Shown here in pieces: positions 1 to 14,106 of a stretch of DNA of 64,000 bases (the stretch's first letter is position 1; each line of letters opens with the position of its first letter). The position numbers and the translations under genes are program-made. The notes under the pieces are model-generated. The model made no database searches and was not told the origin of the DNA. It was given only the letters and a program-made list of their open reading frames with translations. The DNA comes from Octopus sinensis (taxonomy: Eukaryota): NCBI RefSeq assembly GCF_006345805.1, contig NC_042998.1:110546001-110610000 (forward strand), in the 5' to 3' direction.

Positions 1-39
<39 letters not shown>

Positions 40-70
40 GTTGTTGTTGTTGTTGTTATTACTATTATTA
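1..70. repeat. (ATT)n/(GTT)n microsatellite; 3' tail/target of the adjacent Dong element
   Basis: Direct sequence. Confidence 0.95.
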
Positions 71-740
71 TCATTCAGTAGTCTTATTTTTTAATCACGT
101 TTTTTCTCTGGATTACCGAGTGCAGTTCTGTGTGCTTTGGTTATGTGCTGTGGTTTGCAATGATGCTCTTATTCTTACTGTATTGAAAGCGTTTTGCGTA
201 GGATGTGTGCAGGCCCAGTAGTGCAATTTTCTTTATGTTATATATATTTGAAGTCCTGGTGTTTTTGTTATGTATTTGTCTGAATATTTTTTATCATATC
301 TAATGCACTTACTATGATAGGAATTGTTACTGTCTTTAGATTCCACATTCGAGTTGCCTCTATCTCCAGGTCTTTGTATTTTGAAAGTTTCTCCATTTCT
401 TTTACAGAAACGTTGTCATCTGCTGGTATTGATACATCAATTAAAAAGCATTTTTTTCTTCATTATCTCTCACAACTATATCTGGCCTATTGGCCTTAAT
501 TTCTCTGTCTGTGTGTATTGGCATATACCAGAGTATGGTTGCTTTCTCGTTTTCTTTGACCATTTCTGGCGTGTGCCTATATTATGGTTTTTCTGTTGTT
601 GTTCCATAGTGTTGGCATAGCCTCCAGTGCATGTAGGTCCAAACTCTGTTGTGTCTCTGAATATATTCCCTCTTATACAGGACTGGATAGTCAGAGATAA
701 TATGATTTATTGTTTCTTGTCCATCTCCACATATTCTGCA
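71..740 (-). mobile_element. 5'-truncated Dong/R4-clade non-LTR retrotransposon (CCHC knuckle + restriction-like endonuclease remnant), disrupted
   Basis: Minus strand encodes CRICGDGQETINHIISDYPVLYKREYIQRHNRV, then (disrupted) ...IVGALDMIKKYSDKY...IALLGLHTSYAKRFQYS-like C-terminus; colinear with the copy at 56772-58075; flanked by (TAA)n. Confidence 0.9.
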
Positions 741-822
<82 letters not shown>

Positions 823-835
823 TGTTGTTGTTGTA
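741..835. repeat. (ATT)n(AGT)n(GTT)n compound microsatellite
   Basis: Direct sequence. Confidence 0.95.
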
Positions 836-978
836 GTATTCCGCCGTAGTCGACTTTGTTTTTCATCATTCTGAGGCCGATTAAATAAGTACCAGCAGGA
901 TATTGGGTCGATGTAGTTAACTAACGCCCTCCTCTAAAAGCACTAGACTTGTGCCAAAACCTGAAATCAGCATTATTT
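836..978 (+). mobile_element. SINE fragment (same family as 58153-58325 and 58935-59410)
   Basis: attccgccg..gtcgactttg...ataagtaccag...gggtcgatg shared with the other copies; short att tail. Confidence 0.7.
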
Positions 979-1299
979 TTATTATCATTATTATATTATT
1001 AAAATAATATTCTAATCTAATGCTATAATGTAATATATAAAATTATATAAATTATAAAATAAAAAACAATTTATAGTTTTGCATATCAAATATTTTCTGT
1101 TTGTAATTGTCAAGATTACCAACAAAAAATGTATATATGATCTTAAACAAATGAATGCCATTGGAAGACAACAGACATACATTTTAATAGATAATTAAAG
1201 TAAAGATGTAGGTCATCAGTAAATTAAATAAATGCACGTGACATATGAAATCTTTAAAATAACGGTAATAACGATATTTCTATACAAAAATAAAATGTC

Positions 1300-2140
1300 A
1301 ATTGTTTTTTGCTGCAGAGAATCAAATCCTTGAGCAATTCCATCAATGTCGTATTCACATACATATAGACATATTCCCATACATGCATATACATATATAC
1401 AAGCATATTTGCATCACCAGCATGTGTGTGTATGCGTTTGTGTGTGTATATGTGAGTGTGTGTGAGTATATGTGTGTGTGTGTGTGTGTATAGAGAGGTT
1501 ATTGGGTAGGTAGATATTTATGTATATTGGGTGAAATGAGGTTCTGAAATCAAACAACTGCAATGGTACAGCGAACAAAATGTTAACTGTAGAAAAGTAG
1601 TCTATTACAAGTCGAGAGAATTAGGTCGGTTCTAATATATGAACGTTTCTAATATCTCAGTACTATTGTCATGCTCCGAAAGGTTTTTTAATGCAATCAC
1701 GACATATTTCTGCTAATAGTTTGGATACATCTGATTCCTTTCTCAACAGATGTGAAATGTCAACCATCTTCGCAGAAAAAAATAAAGAATATTTTCCTCA
1801 TTAATGTATTCACATATATATGCGTATGCATGCTCACATACTTACATGTATACATAAATATCTATCGACAATCAACTTGCCTACCTACCTATCTACCTAC
1901 CTGCATCATCCGCACACACACACACAACACACACACACACACACACTCACACACACACACACTCATACTCACACACACACTCACACACACTCACACTCAC
2001 ACACAAACAAGTGAAGATGCATGCACATATGTTTGTATATATATGCTTGTATTTGAATATTTATGTATGTATGTGAATACGGCATTGATGGACTTGCTCA
2101 AGGATTTGATTCTCTCCTGCGAATACAACTGACAGTTTAT
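1300..2140. repeat. Diverged inverted repeat pair (~1300-1530 vs ~1850-2140)
   Basis: gagaatcaaatccttgagcaattccatcaatgtcgtattcacatac (1315+) is the reverse complement of gtatgtgaatacggcattgatggacttgctcaaggatttgattctctc (2067+). Confidence 0.75.
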
Positions 2141-2204
2141 TTCTGTTTAGAAAGAGAGAAAAATACAAACCGATATTTACAGCAGAGCACGTCGGCATTG
2201 CTCG

Positions 2205-2470
<266 letters not shown>

Positions 2471-3645
2471 TCTATATATTTATATATAGAAGTCTCTTGT
2501 CATTAGAATTTGAGCATGCCTTTGATCATTTGAATTTCTTGATCTTGAATGAACGTGTAATTATCCCACCGACACATATACTCTCATCACAGTCCCATGA
2601 CATAATGTGTGACAATGATGTACCATTTGAGTGATACGCCTCATCCATCCGTCGGTCGTCTACAGAGATTTCGTCCACCCGGTTTCTGTTACAGAGTATG
2701 GAACCGAATACACACACATGCGCGCACGCACACACACACGCATACGCACAAACACACGCATCCATAGTCATACAGCTTAACAGAAAAAAACGGAAGACAA
2801 GTAGTTTGGCTTTCAGATATCTCATTACAAACATTGAGCTAATCGATAATCAATAACTAATATATGTTTCTATCAAGAAATGTAGGAAGCAAAGTATTGT
2901 GCGTGTGTATGTCAGCTTGTATGCAGGTGTGTGTACGCGTATTTGTGTAAGACAGAGAGGGGAAGAAAGAGAACGAGAGAGAGAGAGGGGGAGAGAGAGA
3001 GAGAATTTCAAGCATTTAGTATAGCTTTAGCCCTCAGTCAATACATTAAGATATGGATTCCATAAATTTCTTTCAACTTCCGACAAATTCAGTGTGGGAG
3101 ATGAATATATGACGGCAAATATATTCTCGTTACCCGTTTTCTAACCTTCATAACTTAGATATTTTGTTGTTTCCTCATTGTTACTTCGAACCTTTTATAT
3201 GCTTCATTTTGTTCCGATAACCTACTCTTATGTGTATCGACTAATATTCGCAATATTCTGATTTTGATGGCTATTTGTAATAACAGAGAAGGTATTATAC
3301 ATTTTTTCTAAAAATCGGAGATGTGGAATCTCGTCTAGACATATGATTTGGTGTGAGCACATTCAATTATTAAGGACCCACCAGAGTAAAATGCATCTGG
3401 CGGCCTTGTTGCTGCTGCTAGGCCGATTTTCGTTTTTCTCCGATTTATAGAACACTATATTATTTATTCTTTACTTATTTTTAAAGAAATTTTAATCAAA
3501 CTATTCTTTTTTTAAAGCCTAGTACTTAATCTATCATTCACTTTTGCCATACCAAGTAAGTTACAAGGACATAAAGACGCCAACACTTGTTGTTAAGCGG
3601 AGCTGCATAGACAGCTGCATAGACGTGCTCACCGATATAAATGCG

Positions 3646-3695
<50 letters not shown>

Positions 3696-3703
3696 AGAAC
3701 GCG

Positions 3704-5330
3704 TGTCTCTTTTCCACCTGGTGGATCCAAAAGCCTTTTCACCATAGACATTAACTTTTTGTAGTCAGTTATTCCTCACAATGACGGTCTACTAGCACTT
3801 AAATACTTCTTATACCGTCGTTCTATACTTGAACCCAGCACGAATACACTCCACCACCTAGCTGAGCTCGTCTTAACACTCAATTGTTTTTCCTTCTCTG
3901 GTGAATTCTATAAGCACCTCTGCGGTGTTGCTATGGGCACCTGGATGGGCCCTAATTATGCCAACCTCTTTGTAGGTTATGTGCAGGAGCAAATCTTTGC
4001 TCACTTCCCTGGATCCATCCCAGAATTTTATGGTCGTTACATTGACGACTGTATTGGCGTTACAAGCCTTAACAAACAACAACTAAACGATTTTTTTTGT
4101 CAACACCTTTAACCCGGCCTTGGAAATCACCCACACCATATCTGATATTTCTGCTTGCTTTCTTAACATCTCCATCAAAATACACAATACCCACCTCTCC
4201 ACCTTTGTCTACTATAAACCCACCGACCTCCAGTCCTGCCTCCACTACCCTTCCTCTTATCCTAAACACATTAAATCTACTATACCTTTCTCTCGACGTT
4301 TTCGCCTTCGACGACTTTGTTTCTAAATCGAGGGGTATCCTCCATTAGTTGTCGATCCGGCACTCCGCCAAGCCCAAGCCATCAACCGCACTGCAGATCT
4401 CCTACCATCTTCATGCACTTCCACCGACCGCATTCCACTCTTTCTCACCCGTCCATCCTCCTTCTAAAGCACAAACTCACCCACAACTTCGCATTCTTTT
4501 TTCTGACCTAACAAGTACCCCTATCTTTTCCACACCATATTTCCTGTCTTTTAAAAAAGATAGGAGTCTTAGAAATCTCCTTGTTAGAAGCTTCACAGCT
4601 CCCAGCTTCGCACAACCCGGATCATTTTAATGTTATCACTGACGATTTATAACATGTCCCTACATAAACAATATTACCACCATCACGGGGTCCAAGAAGC
4701 AATATCTCATAACACACAACTTCGGTTGCACTTCGGCGAATCTGATATATTGCATCATATGGAAAATCTGCAGTGCTCTTTAAATTGGAGACACAGGGCG
4801 ACGCTTTGGAAATCGCATTTACGAACACATCAGAGGCATAATGCTTCGTATACCAGGCCAACCTGTCACTACCCACTTCAACACTGTGAATCATTCTATT
4901 TCATATTTATCAGTGTGTGATATGGCCTTGCACCTCGGATCCCCATTCTCTAGAAAAGAATGGAGAAAAGTCTCATATTTGATCTTGGCACTATGTCCAC
5001 AACCAATATGAATGAACGTTTTTCCTTTCATCCTTTCACCCCCTCTTAATTCTTTTTTACCCTTTTTAATCCTGCTCCCACAATCTCTCTGTAACATTCC
5101 CCTATTTACTTACTTCTACTCTCTCCACATCCTTTCACTTCCCCTTTCTGCATGCGCCCTCCTATATCTTCTGGTTCACGTTAGTAGCCCGTGTGATCCA
5201 GCGTCCATTATCAGCTGCAGCCAGCTTTTCAAGATGAGAGGATGTAAACTCTGTTTGAATTTTTCTCTTTCTTCTCTGACGAAGGATTGAATCCGAAACG
5301 TTGGATATTACACACCCCACGGCAAGTCCA
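3704..5330 (+). mobile_element. Penelope-like element, 5'-truncated and decayed (RT + GIY-YIG endonuclease + 3' pseudo-LTR)
   Basis: RT motifs GVAMGTWMGPNYANLFVGY, RYIDD (YIDD at 4038-4049), STFVYYKPTD..LHYPSSYPKHIK; GIY-YIG CTSANLIYCI..CSAL*IGDTGRRFGNRIYEH (~4725-4830); frameshifts and stops. Confidence 0.92.
5276..5302 (+). ncRNA. Degenerate minimal hammerhead motif at the Penelope 3' end
   Basis: CTGACGA-A-GGAT/TGA/ATCC-GAAACGTT; stem I only ~3 bp. Confidence 0.4.
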
Positions 5331-5338
5331 CTCTACCC

Positions 5339-5381
<43 letters not shown>

Positions 5382-5425
5382 ATGTGTGTGTGTTTGCGTG
5401 CGTGTAAGGATATACATATATATGT

Positions 5426-5467
<42 letters not shown>

Positions 5468-5649
5468 AGCCATTTTCTCTCTTTAAATAAGCTAGTATTT
5501 CCACTAGTCATCGTCTTTCGGCTTTAGAACTTCTAAGGTCTTGTCGGAGACCACACAGAGCTTACTCAGCCATGTTCCAGTTCGAACGACAGACGACAGC
5601 CAGCCAAACATACTATGAAGACGCTATTGTATACCAGCGACAGACAGAA

Positions 5650-5762
5650 TATATATACACTTGCCCAAGGTACCACGCAGGGGTCTGAAGCCGAAACCAT
5701 GGACGGTGGGAAGCAATCTTACTGTACAAACACGTTTGCTCCTCTGTCTATCTCGTTTCCAT
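5650..5762 (-). mobile_element. tRNA-derived SINE fragment (family of 23084-23243)
   Basis: cacttgcccaaggtaccacgcag shared with 23161+. Confidence 0.7.
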
Positions 5763-5772
5763 ACGTGTGTAG

Positions 5773-5829
<57 letters not shown>

Positions 5830-5851
5830 CTCGTTTAAATATGTGTATACA

Positions 5852-5883
<32 letters not shown>

Positions 5884-6546
5884 CATACATATATATATAT
5901 ATAATATATATATATATATACACACATATGGAAACGAGCAGAGATTGGTGGTGCTCTGAAGAATATATCAAAAGTGAAGAAAATTTTCTTAGGAGTAATA
6001 TATAGTTGTACGTTTATATAAGTCTTGAAACTTTCCTGAGGAAAATAATTAAATAAAATCTGACATTGTAAAACATTTTACGTATTTATATTTATGTCTA
6101 GCGAAGGACAGTCAACCTCTGTGACACGCAGATCGAATTTACCTCGCCGGAGGTAAATTTTAAGACAAACATCGTTTCGCTGTTTATCATTTAATTTAAT
6201 TTCGCTTGGGAAAATTCGGAGAGCATTTATAACAGTATACGTTCTATATTGTAGTCAAGTTTTCTGTATTGATACACGCGCGCGCGTGAACACACAAATG
6301 CACTTAGACACACACACACATACACAGTCACACATATCTATGTTTAATTGGTAACAAACTCACACACACACATACACACACCACCTGAATAAGCATACAT
6401 CAACTGCTTACACACAACACACACACGTTAGACTCACTTGTCACCACTCACAATACATACTAACACATACTATTCTCACATACACACACATACACACGCT
6501 CGCGCACCTTAGTTCGTTCAGGTCACCATTATCTTTACCGTTATTC

Positions 6547-6623
6547 TTTTTCTTCTTCTTCTTCTTCTTCTTCTTCTCTTCTTCTTCTTCTTCTTCATCT
6601 TATTGTTGTTATTATTATTATTG

Positions 6624-6676
<53 letters not shown>

Positions 6677-6700
6677 TTATTATTATTATTATTATTATTA

Positions 6701-6742
<42 letters not shown>

Positions 6743-6783
6743 CATCATCATCATTATTATTATTATTATTATTATTATCATCA

Positions 6784-6846
<63 letters not shown>
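6547..6846. repeat. (CTT)n + long (ATT)n/(ATC)n microsatellite
   Basis: Direct sequence. Confidence 0.95.
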
Positions 6847-6847
<1 letters not shown>

Positions 6848-7050
6848 GTCCTTTCATTCCACGTCTTTCTCCCACTGATATCACCATATTGAACCGTTGA
6901 ACTCTGCACATTTTTCTCCCTCCGTTTTTCACTCTTAATCCTTTCTGTCAAAAAGCGTAGGCTTGAAAGAATTCCCCCCAGCGTTAAACTAATACACCTA
7001 CTTGTTGTTCCTATACCTGTCTTCGTCTTTTGCTTTCTGTAAATTTGATC
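6847..7050 (+). mobile_element. Probable Penelope-type pseudo-LTR fragment
   Basis: ttctgtcaaaaagcgtaggcttgaaag resembles a decayed CTGAAGAG..CTCGAAAC terminal motif; similarity judged by eye. Confidence 0.35.
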
Positions 7051-7059
7051 TATATATAT

Positions 7060-7174
7060 ACATATATATATGAAAGAGGTTTGAAAATGCAATTTTTAAA
7101 TTCTTATTTACTTGACCGGTTTCACTTTTTAAGAAAAAGATTGTCAAAAGTAAAAAATAACGTTTGTTTGGTCG

Positions 7175-7205
<31 letters not shown>

Positions 7206-7593
7206 TATATATACATATATACTCAGAAGACAAAATTTCAGAGAGACAGGTCAGTTAATCATCTACAATTTTTGTAAATTCTTAAATATATCTCCTTCTG
7301 TGTATATATACATTACCAAACAAACATGATTTTTGTTGAAGTCATAATACTTTTTGGAGTCCAGTTCTGATTACTTTCTTAAATACTTTCTCGTAAACTG
7401 TTTTTAACATTTTCTTATTATTATCAAAGAATGTATATCTGTATTTTAATACTTTTGTGATAACCAGTACTTAACACAACACTTATACAAAGTTGTACAT
7501 TTTACTTTTGATAATCTTTTTTTTAAAAAAGGGAAACCGGTCAAGTAAATAAATATGTTTAAAATTTCATTTTCAAACCTTCTTTCATATATA
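7060..7593. repeat. Inverted repeat, ~100-bp arms (MITE-like)
   Basis: tgaaagaggtttgaaaatg..tatttacttgaccggtttc..ttgtcaaaagtaaaa is mirrored by ttttacttttgataatc..gaaaccggtcaagtaaata..ttttcaaaccttctttca. Confidence 0.75.
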
Positions 7594-7627
7594 TTTCCAC
7601 TCGTGCGGTACCTTACAACCTTACTTT

Positions 7628-7684
<57 letters not shown>

Positions 7685-7736
7685 GTATGTATATATATTT
7701 GCGTGCAAATATATGTACACGTATAAATATACATGC

Positions 7737-7777
<41 letters not shown>

Positions 7778-7919
7778 GTGTGTTTGTGCATGTATATATG
7801 TATGTATGTGTGAGTGTGTCTGTCACTGTGTGTGTTTAGAGTCTTATGATTTCGCATCCAATTTCTCTTACAATGAACTCCCTCAGCCTATACAGAAATG
7901 CATCCCTAGCTCAATAGAT

Positions 7920-8200
7920 TGGAAAACTATATATGCAGAGAAATAAAAAATAATGGCATAGTTAGAAAAGAAGCTGATAAAGGAAGTGTTGTTGTTATTA
8001 TGGATGCAAAACAATACAAAAATGCCGAATTAACTCTACTTCAAGACATTACCTACTATAAAATATTAAACAATCAGCAATAATAAAAAATTGTGTCTAA
8101 ACTTAATTTTCTCATAAACCAACACGGAAGAGGCTTATCTAATAAATTCAACAAATTCTAACTTTCAAGATTTGTAGGTACCTCGTATTTCGCTATGAAG
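7920..8200 (+). mobile_element. Penelope-like RT N-terminal remnant
   Basis: Translates to GIVRKEADKGSVVVIMDAKQYKNAELTLLQDITYYKIL, matching the PLE ADKG..VVIMD..Y motif. Confidence 0.7.
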
Positions 8201-11179
8201 TATACTAAATGTTTTTATAAGTCAGTACCACGTTCTACTGTGTCAGTAGTGCTTCTTACATTATTTTTATTATGGTTGTTTCTACAGATATTCCATAGAA
8301 ACTATATAGCCAGCACTGATTTTACCACAATGCTGTATTTGTTGTAGATATACATAGCAGTAGAGGAAGCGACAGCAGCAGGTTTGTTCTCGGCATCGTA
8401 TGTCTTTTACTATTCATTATAGGGATTCTTATATCTAAATTGAATGTCATGCATTCCGTGGAATTACCGTTAGTTACTGTGGAACTCATTCATGAACGTG
8501 AGCACCAGCATTTTGTGTATCCTTCTACTAAATTATCTATAAAATGGTGCTATCGTAGTTTAACGTCTCTCTCTCTCTTTCTCTCTCTCTCTCTCACTCT
8601 CTCTCTCTCCCTTTCGTTCTTTCTCTTCCTTTGACATTCCCTTTCATATCACTCATGTCATAGTCAATACTTTTTTCGATTACTCTTCTTCAATTGCGAT
8701 TGGAAATAACTCCATAACTATGTTTCTACTAAAAATATATTTTATCTATAAGAAATATGTATCATATTAGCTATCAAAACAGAACTGAAAATTGAAAAAC
8801 AAGCAGGATGTAAAGTATAGTCGAGATTCAGTTATTTTTTTCAAGTGTATAATATGAGATTTCGTTGAAATGGGAATTGTCGTGGGGTGTAGAAAAACTT
8901 ATGTTTCTGTAATTCTCCCTTCAACGAAAGTTTAATACGAATAGATTTCTTGCTTGGTTAGCGATTGTGGACATACACAGCAACGATAAATATTCTAACG
9001 CTGGTATCTGAGGCTGGTTGAGTGGAACGTTTTGTAATGGTACGCAGGAAAAGAAAATGAAGCGAATACACAAGGACCTACAGTGACAGATTCATCGAAC
9101 CAAAGAAAATCACACTTTTAATAGCGAACACAATCTCAACGAACTTACAAAACCAACATCCACTCATACATACTACTGGGTATGTTTAAATAGCAGCTAA
9201 TCAGATGAAGCTACAAGAAGTAGTGAAGAGTGGATGAAAAGAAGGAAAACAGTGGGTGATTTACTATATCTGAAAATTTATCCTCCTCAAATATTTTGTT
9301 GCATTACTTTAGTTAACCATGGTAATGCCATCGGCTATGATCAGTTATGTTTTATAGGATTCAGACTAAAATAAATAAATAAATTAATAAAAATGAACGT
9401 TGTGTGTATTAGATAGTGAGTCTAAGAATACTGAAAAGAAAAATAATACATAAAAATTAATTGCTGCATTAATAAGATTTCAAGAGGTTATGTGAAACAA
9501 AACAAATTAATTATGAATGCTGAAGTGAGAGAAAGTTGAAAAGCAAAACCTTATATATTGATTTTTACAATGCTTTTTGAATGGGTTTTTCATTGCGAAA
9601 TTCCATTCTAAAATTATTAAAATTAAATATAAAATTACGGGGTACAAAATGTATGTTAAAATGTCGAACACATTGCTATTACAAGAGAGTTGAGATGAAA
9701 GAAGTATTAACTTATAATTAGGAAGATGACTTAGAAAGCTATATAAAATTATATTTACGGTTTTTAACACGCTTCCAAGGCTGATAATCCCGAGTCGTTA
9801 GAGAATAAGATAGAGCTGAGTTCAAATCTGGTTAAGTAAACTTTTCTAGCATTTCACAGAAGACATTTTCTTTAATCTATTTTGACGAATGCGTGTCCAG
9901 GTGCAGAAAACCAGGAACAGCCATTACTGAAGGCTTTCCAAGTCTGAATATGCTTCCAAGTTGTCAGTAAAGAATATGAGTAAAATTACGATTGACGTGA
10001 AATACACAATAGTAGATATATGACATTCAATAAATCATATAGTAGCAATGGGTGATGTTGTACGCCATTGCTACACCCATATATTTCAAACCAGAGTGAG
10101 CGTACGAAGAATACGCTAAGAAATTTGAAGTAATTTTTATTCGTTGGTATAGAAAGATATAACTGTTGCCTTATCAACCTCGGTAGTAGAGTATAATGAC
10201 AGCTGTCATGGATTCAGGAATTTAGTACTATACTTGACACATATATTGGACTCAGCTGGTTGTGGCTACCAGAACCAGCTACGAATATTTCTCCTGTTTT
10301 ATAGATACCTTGATATATTTATATAATCACAAGGACGTTTCATCTGATTTGTTTATTGTTAAACTTTGTTGCTTATCTGACAAGAGAAGCGTTAATATTT
10401 GATCTCAGTATTGCTTGCTGTGAAACAATTACCAACAGGCACTGATTTCCCTGTTCATAGATTCATGTTGCATCTTTTCATAATTATTTTTGTCAGCTAA
10501 ACAAAATGATCTTAGTAGTATATAATTATTTTGTTCTGTACAAAAATTAAGGAAATTCACTTACATTTAATCTTCTCTGTGTCTATTAAATACTGTATTC
10601 TGAACAATTGATATACACCTTTGTTTTCACATCACAAAGCTGCATAAGTTAATTTGTGCTGGAGGTCGAATCAAGTGATGCGTAACCAGTTTTTGTTGAA
10701 TTGATAACTGTGAAAATCTAACCCCAAATATTGATAAATGAACCCTTGAAAGAAATGAAGTGTTAGTACAATTGAATTTCTTCTGTCCAACAATTACAAT
10801 GTTGGTATCTTCCTAGAATGTCGCAATTTATGTAATCTAATACTGAAACACTGTTACTGTTAATAACAGTGTAATTAATTCATGTTCAACCAACTAAGGC
10901 TGAATCATATGAGCAAGAGAAGAAAATGAAACTACATTTGAAAGCTGCTGCAATTATATATTTCTAACTAGATGGAAAATATATTTATGGATCTAAACTC
11001 TGAAGTGATCATACTGTCCCCACGGGCAAAATATCGTAAGGGGATTAGATTTAACTCCATTTCGGTATTTTCAGAATTCGTGTGAAACATTTATGCAATG
11101 TGTGTGTGTGTGCACGTGCGCGCGCGCGCGCGTGTGTGTGCGTGTGTGTGTACATGTGCGTGTGTGTGCGAATGTTGTT

Positions 11180-11418
11180 AAAAAAACCGGTGGGAACGAT
11201 CAGCTTCTTCGTTTGGCTGTAGCTTTCGAATGATGATACCCGCCGAGTAAACGAAGAGCTAATACATCCCAAAATTTGGACAAAAGTCGTTTTCAGGGTT
11301 ACTCCTTTACAGCTGAGGTGAATAAAGCATCGTGATGTAGACCACAACGCAACGTTGGTCTGAGAATGAAAATTAAGTTCTTGCGATCGCCATTGCAACA
11401 TCCTAACCACTAGACCAC
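11180..11418 (-). mobile_element. tRNA-derived SINE
   Basis: Minus strand starts GTGGTCTAGTGGTTAGGATG (A-box-like), followed by a degenerate B-box region. Confidence 0.55.
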
Positions 11419-11486
11419 ATACGTTTATGCAATACCCCTACCCACTCACACGCGCATGCACTCGCACACATGCCTACACACACACT

Positions 11487-11532
<46 letters not shown>

Positions 11533-12105
11533 TACTATATGGTAAAAAACGATATTTACATAATTGCATTCATTAACTTACATACAGCTGTTTCAAGTGA
11601 AAATCTTGAAATAATTCAATAATGAGTGCTGGTCTACATTATCATAACTTCGTCAAATCTTAGCTGACCTACCCGGTGATGCCCAGATATTTTGCCAAAG
11701 CTGTATTTTCAAAAATAAAATATAGAGATTTCGGAATGCTTTACAAATTATATCTAAATAAAATATTAGTCATTCTCTCTACTGTGATTAAGACAGGAAT
11801 TATGAAATCGTGTTATAAATTGTTCAAATCATTATTTTTCATTGTGCTCCCATGTACAAACAAACGTTTAGGCTTTGTTGCTGTTGAAGTGTCAGCATAA
11901 AGGTCACCACTTGTAAAGGTTGGATCTGCCACAGTCAGTCTAATTCCCATGACTATGTTTGAAATTAATTAATGGTGATGATAAAACTGTGTATGACAAG
12001 TAAAAGAAGCCATTAAACGTAAAAAAGTTAACCATATCATTGCGTATTCTCCTAACAATGAAACAGTTGTCACTAGTAATTCTTGGTGCCATGAATGTGA
12101 TTCTC

Positions 12106-12109
<4 letters not shown>

Positions 12110-12170
<61 letters not shown>
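12110..12170. repeat. (GA)n microsatellite
   Basis: Direct sequence. Confidence 0.95.
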
Positions 12171-12171
<1 letters not shown>

Positions 12172-14106
12172 GACACACATACAGAAAGAGAGAGCGAGAG
12201 CGTGCAACAAATCTTTTTTTAGAGAGTCTTGTGCAAATTTGATTTTAGATTCAAGATATCCATCTCTGGAGGTAAAATATTTCGAGAAATACAAAAGAAT
12301 CTATTACATCTTATCTGGTCTCTTGTCAAAGTATATTTGCTTTCACGTCCGTTTCTCCTAGAGCAAGTGTAAGCATCATCTTACAAAAGAAGTACAGTTA
12401 CTAGAAGAGGGACCATTGTTTTTTTAATATCATGTTAAGAGTGGGCCAGAATGATACAATCATCAGAAAGTAATCAATAGCGAACTCTAGTTTACCAATT
12501 ACGCAATAGTTGACGAAGAAGTTTTGATAAAACTCTTGACATGCATGATCGATTCTCACTACGAGGTATATTGAGAACGAAATTGGTGCTGATATATCCC
12601 CATAGTTAACACAACACCATTGGCCAATGGGATCGAATCTGACAGAATATTATTTTAGTTGAAATACGCTTTCATATCAGTTTGGAGTTAGTTCACAACG
12701 AATACTGATTGTTGGTTTGTAAAGAGATTTGTTAGATCGTTACATTGTTTTACTGTTGTCTGGTTATTTTATTTATTGTAACAAATTACGTTACAATATC
12801 TGGCGAAGAGGGTTTCGAAACTCACGTAGGTTATTTAAAACATTCTTCATGATACAACTTGTTAAATATTGGAAGACCTATTAGCTTCCATAGTATAGTT
12901 GCAAAAGCAACCACAAGAGCGGTAACAGGAGTTGCAGTAGCAACTATCACAGTAACAACTACAACAACAACAATTATTGGAGGTATATTCAAACAAGTCC
13001 AAAATTGAAGTTTATTTTAGCTAGACGGCGTTTCGAACTCGATTAATGAATTCAATTATAACCCAGAGGAGTGTATTTTCTATCGTACAACAGAAGGTAC
13101 GAGGAAATTTTTGAGCAATATTGGAAATCATGGTCGGACGAACAAAAAGTGAAAGTGTTATTGCGAAAATTAGCTCCGTTACGGCATGAAGGCTACTGTA
13201 ATTTCATATTGCCAAAAACATCCAATGAAATTTTGTTTTAAAGAAGCAAAACAATTACTGTTTAACATATTCGATGATAACAAACATCTCTAACACTCGA
13301 ATGGAGTTTTGCAATGTACTGAAAACAGAGAATGATGATTTTATCACATACGCAAGAAGTGTCAACAGGATGTGTAAAAGTTCTTAACTCAATAAACATG
13401 CACCTGAGATGTTCAAGTGTCAAGATCTAATTTTACAGTTCTTGGTAGAAGAATGCAATAGAATGATAAATTTGAAAGACAATGTTGAAAAAATTCAAGA
13501 AAACGATTATCAAAAATACAGATATGCCGACCAGAAAAGTACAGCCAAAGAAGAGCGCTACGTCCTAATCTATGTTATGGATGTTGGCATATATATTTCA
13601 GAAACAGCTGTCCATTTAAAAATCAAAAATGTTACATTTACAAAAGAAATGGTCACAAGAGTTCATATTTCAGAACAAAATTACGAAGGTCAGATGCTAA
13701 AATCCTAGTATTCTCGCAGCAGAGGCATAAATCGATTCCCAAATAAAAAAATTCGTACACGTAAAAATAAGTGGAATACATATTAAAATTGGATACTAGA
13801 AGTGATATTTCAATAGTAAATATGGAAACATAGAAGAAAATAGGGAAACCTGTATTGAGAAAAACAGCGAAATCTGCTCGTAGTGTGACGGACGATAAAT
13901 TACATTTCATAGGCGAAATATGGACGTAGAGGGTAAAACATGCAAGGCGAAAGTCTTCGTCGTTAAAAATGCAACCGATATGTTTAGTACCGATTGGTTA
14001 GAATTGTTCGATTTATGGGACCTCCCCATAAATCGCTATTTCAAAAACGTAAATGTTTCTCCCTCTAAAAATAATTCGTCTGAAGAGTTAAAGGGAATTT
14101 TTTTTA

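Noticed and set aside
8230-11000. Host-gene exons in the non-repeat stretches (also 26-29.9 kb, 33-36 kb, 39-42 kb)
   Set aside because: No ORF with recognisable homology or a consistent splice-bounded frame; short exons cannot be excluded by eye.
12801-12832. PBS region resembling a hammerhead (GCGAAGAG..CGAAAC-TCAC-GTA)
   Set aside because: Lacks CUGA and a stem I; the resemblance is explained by tRNA complementarity (TTCGAA).
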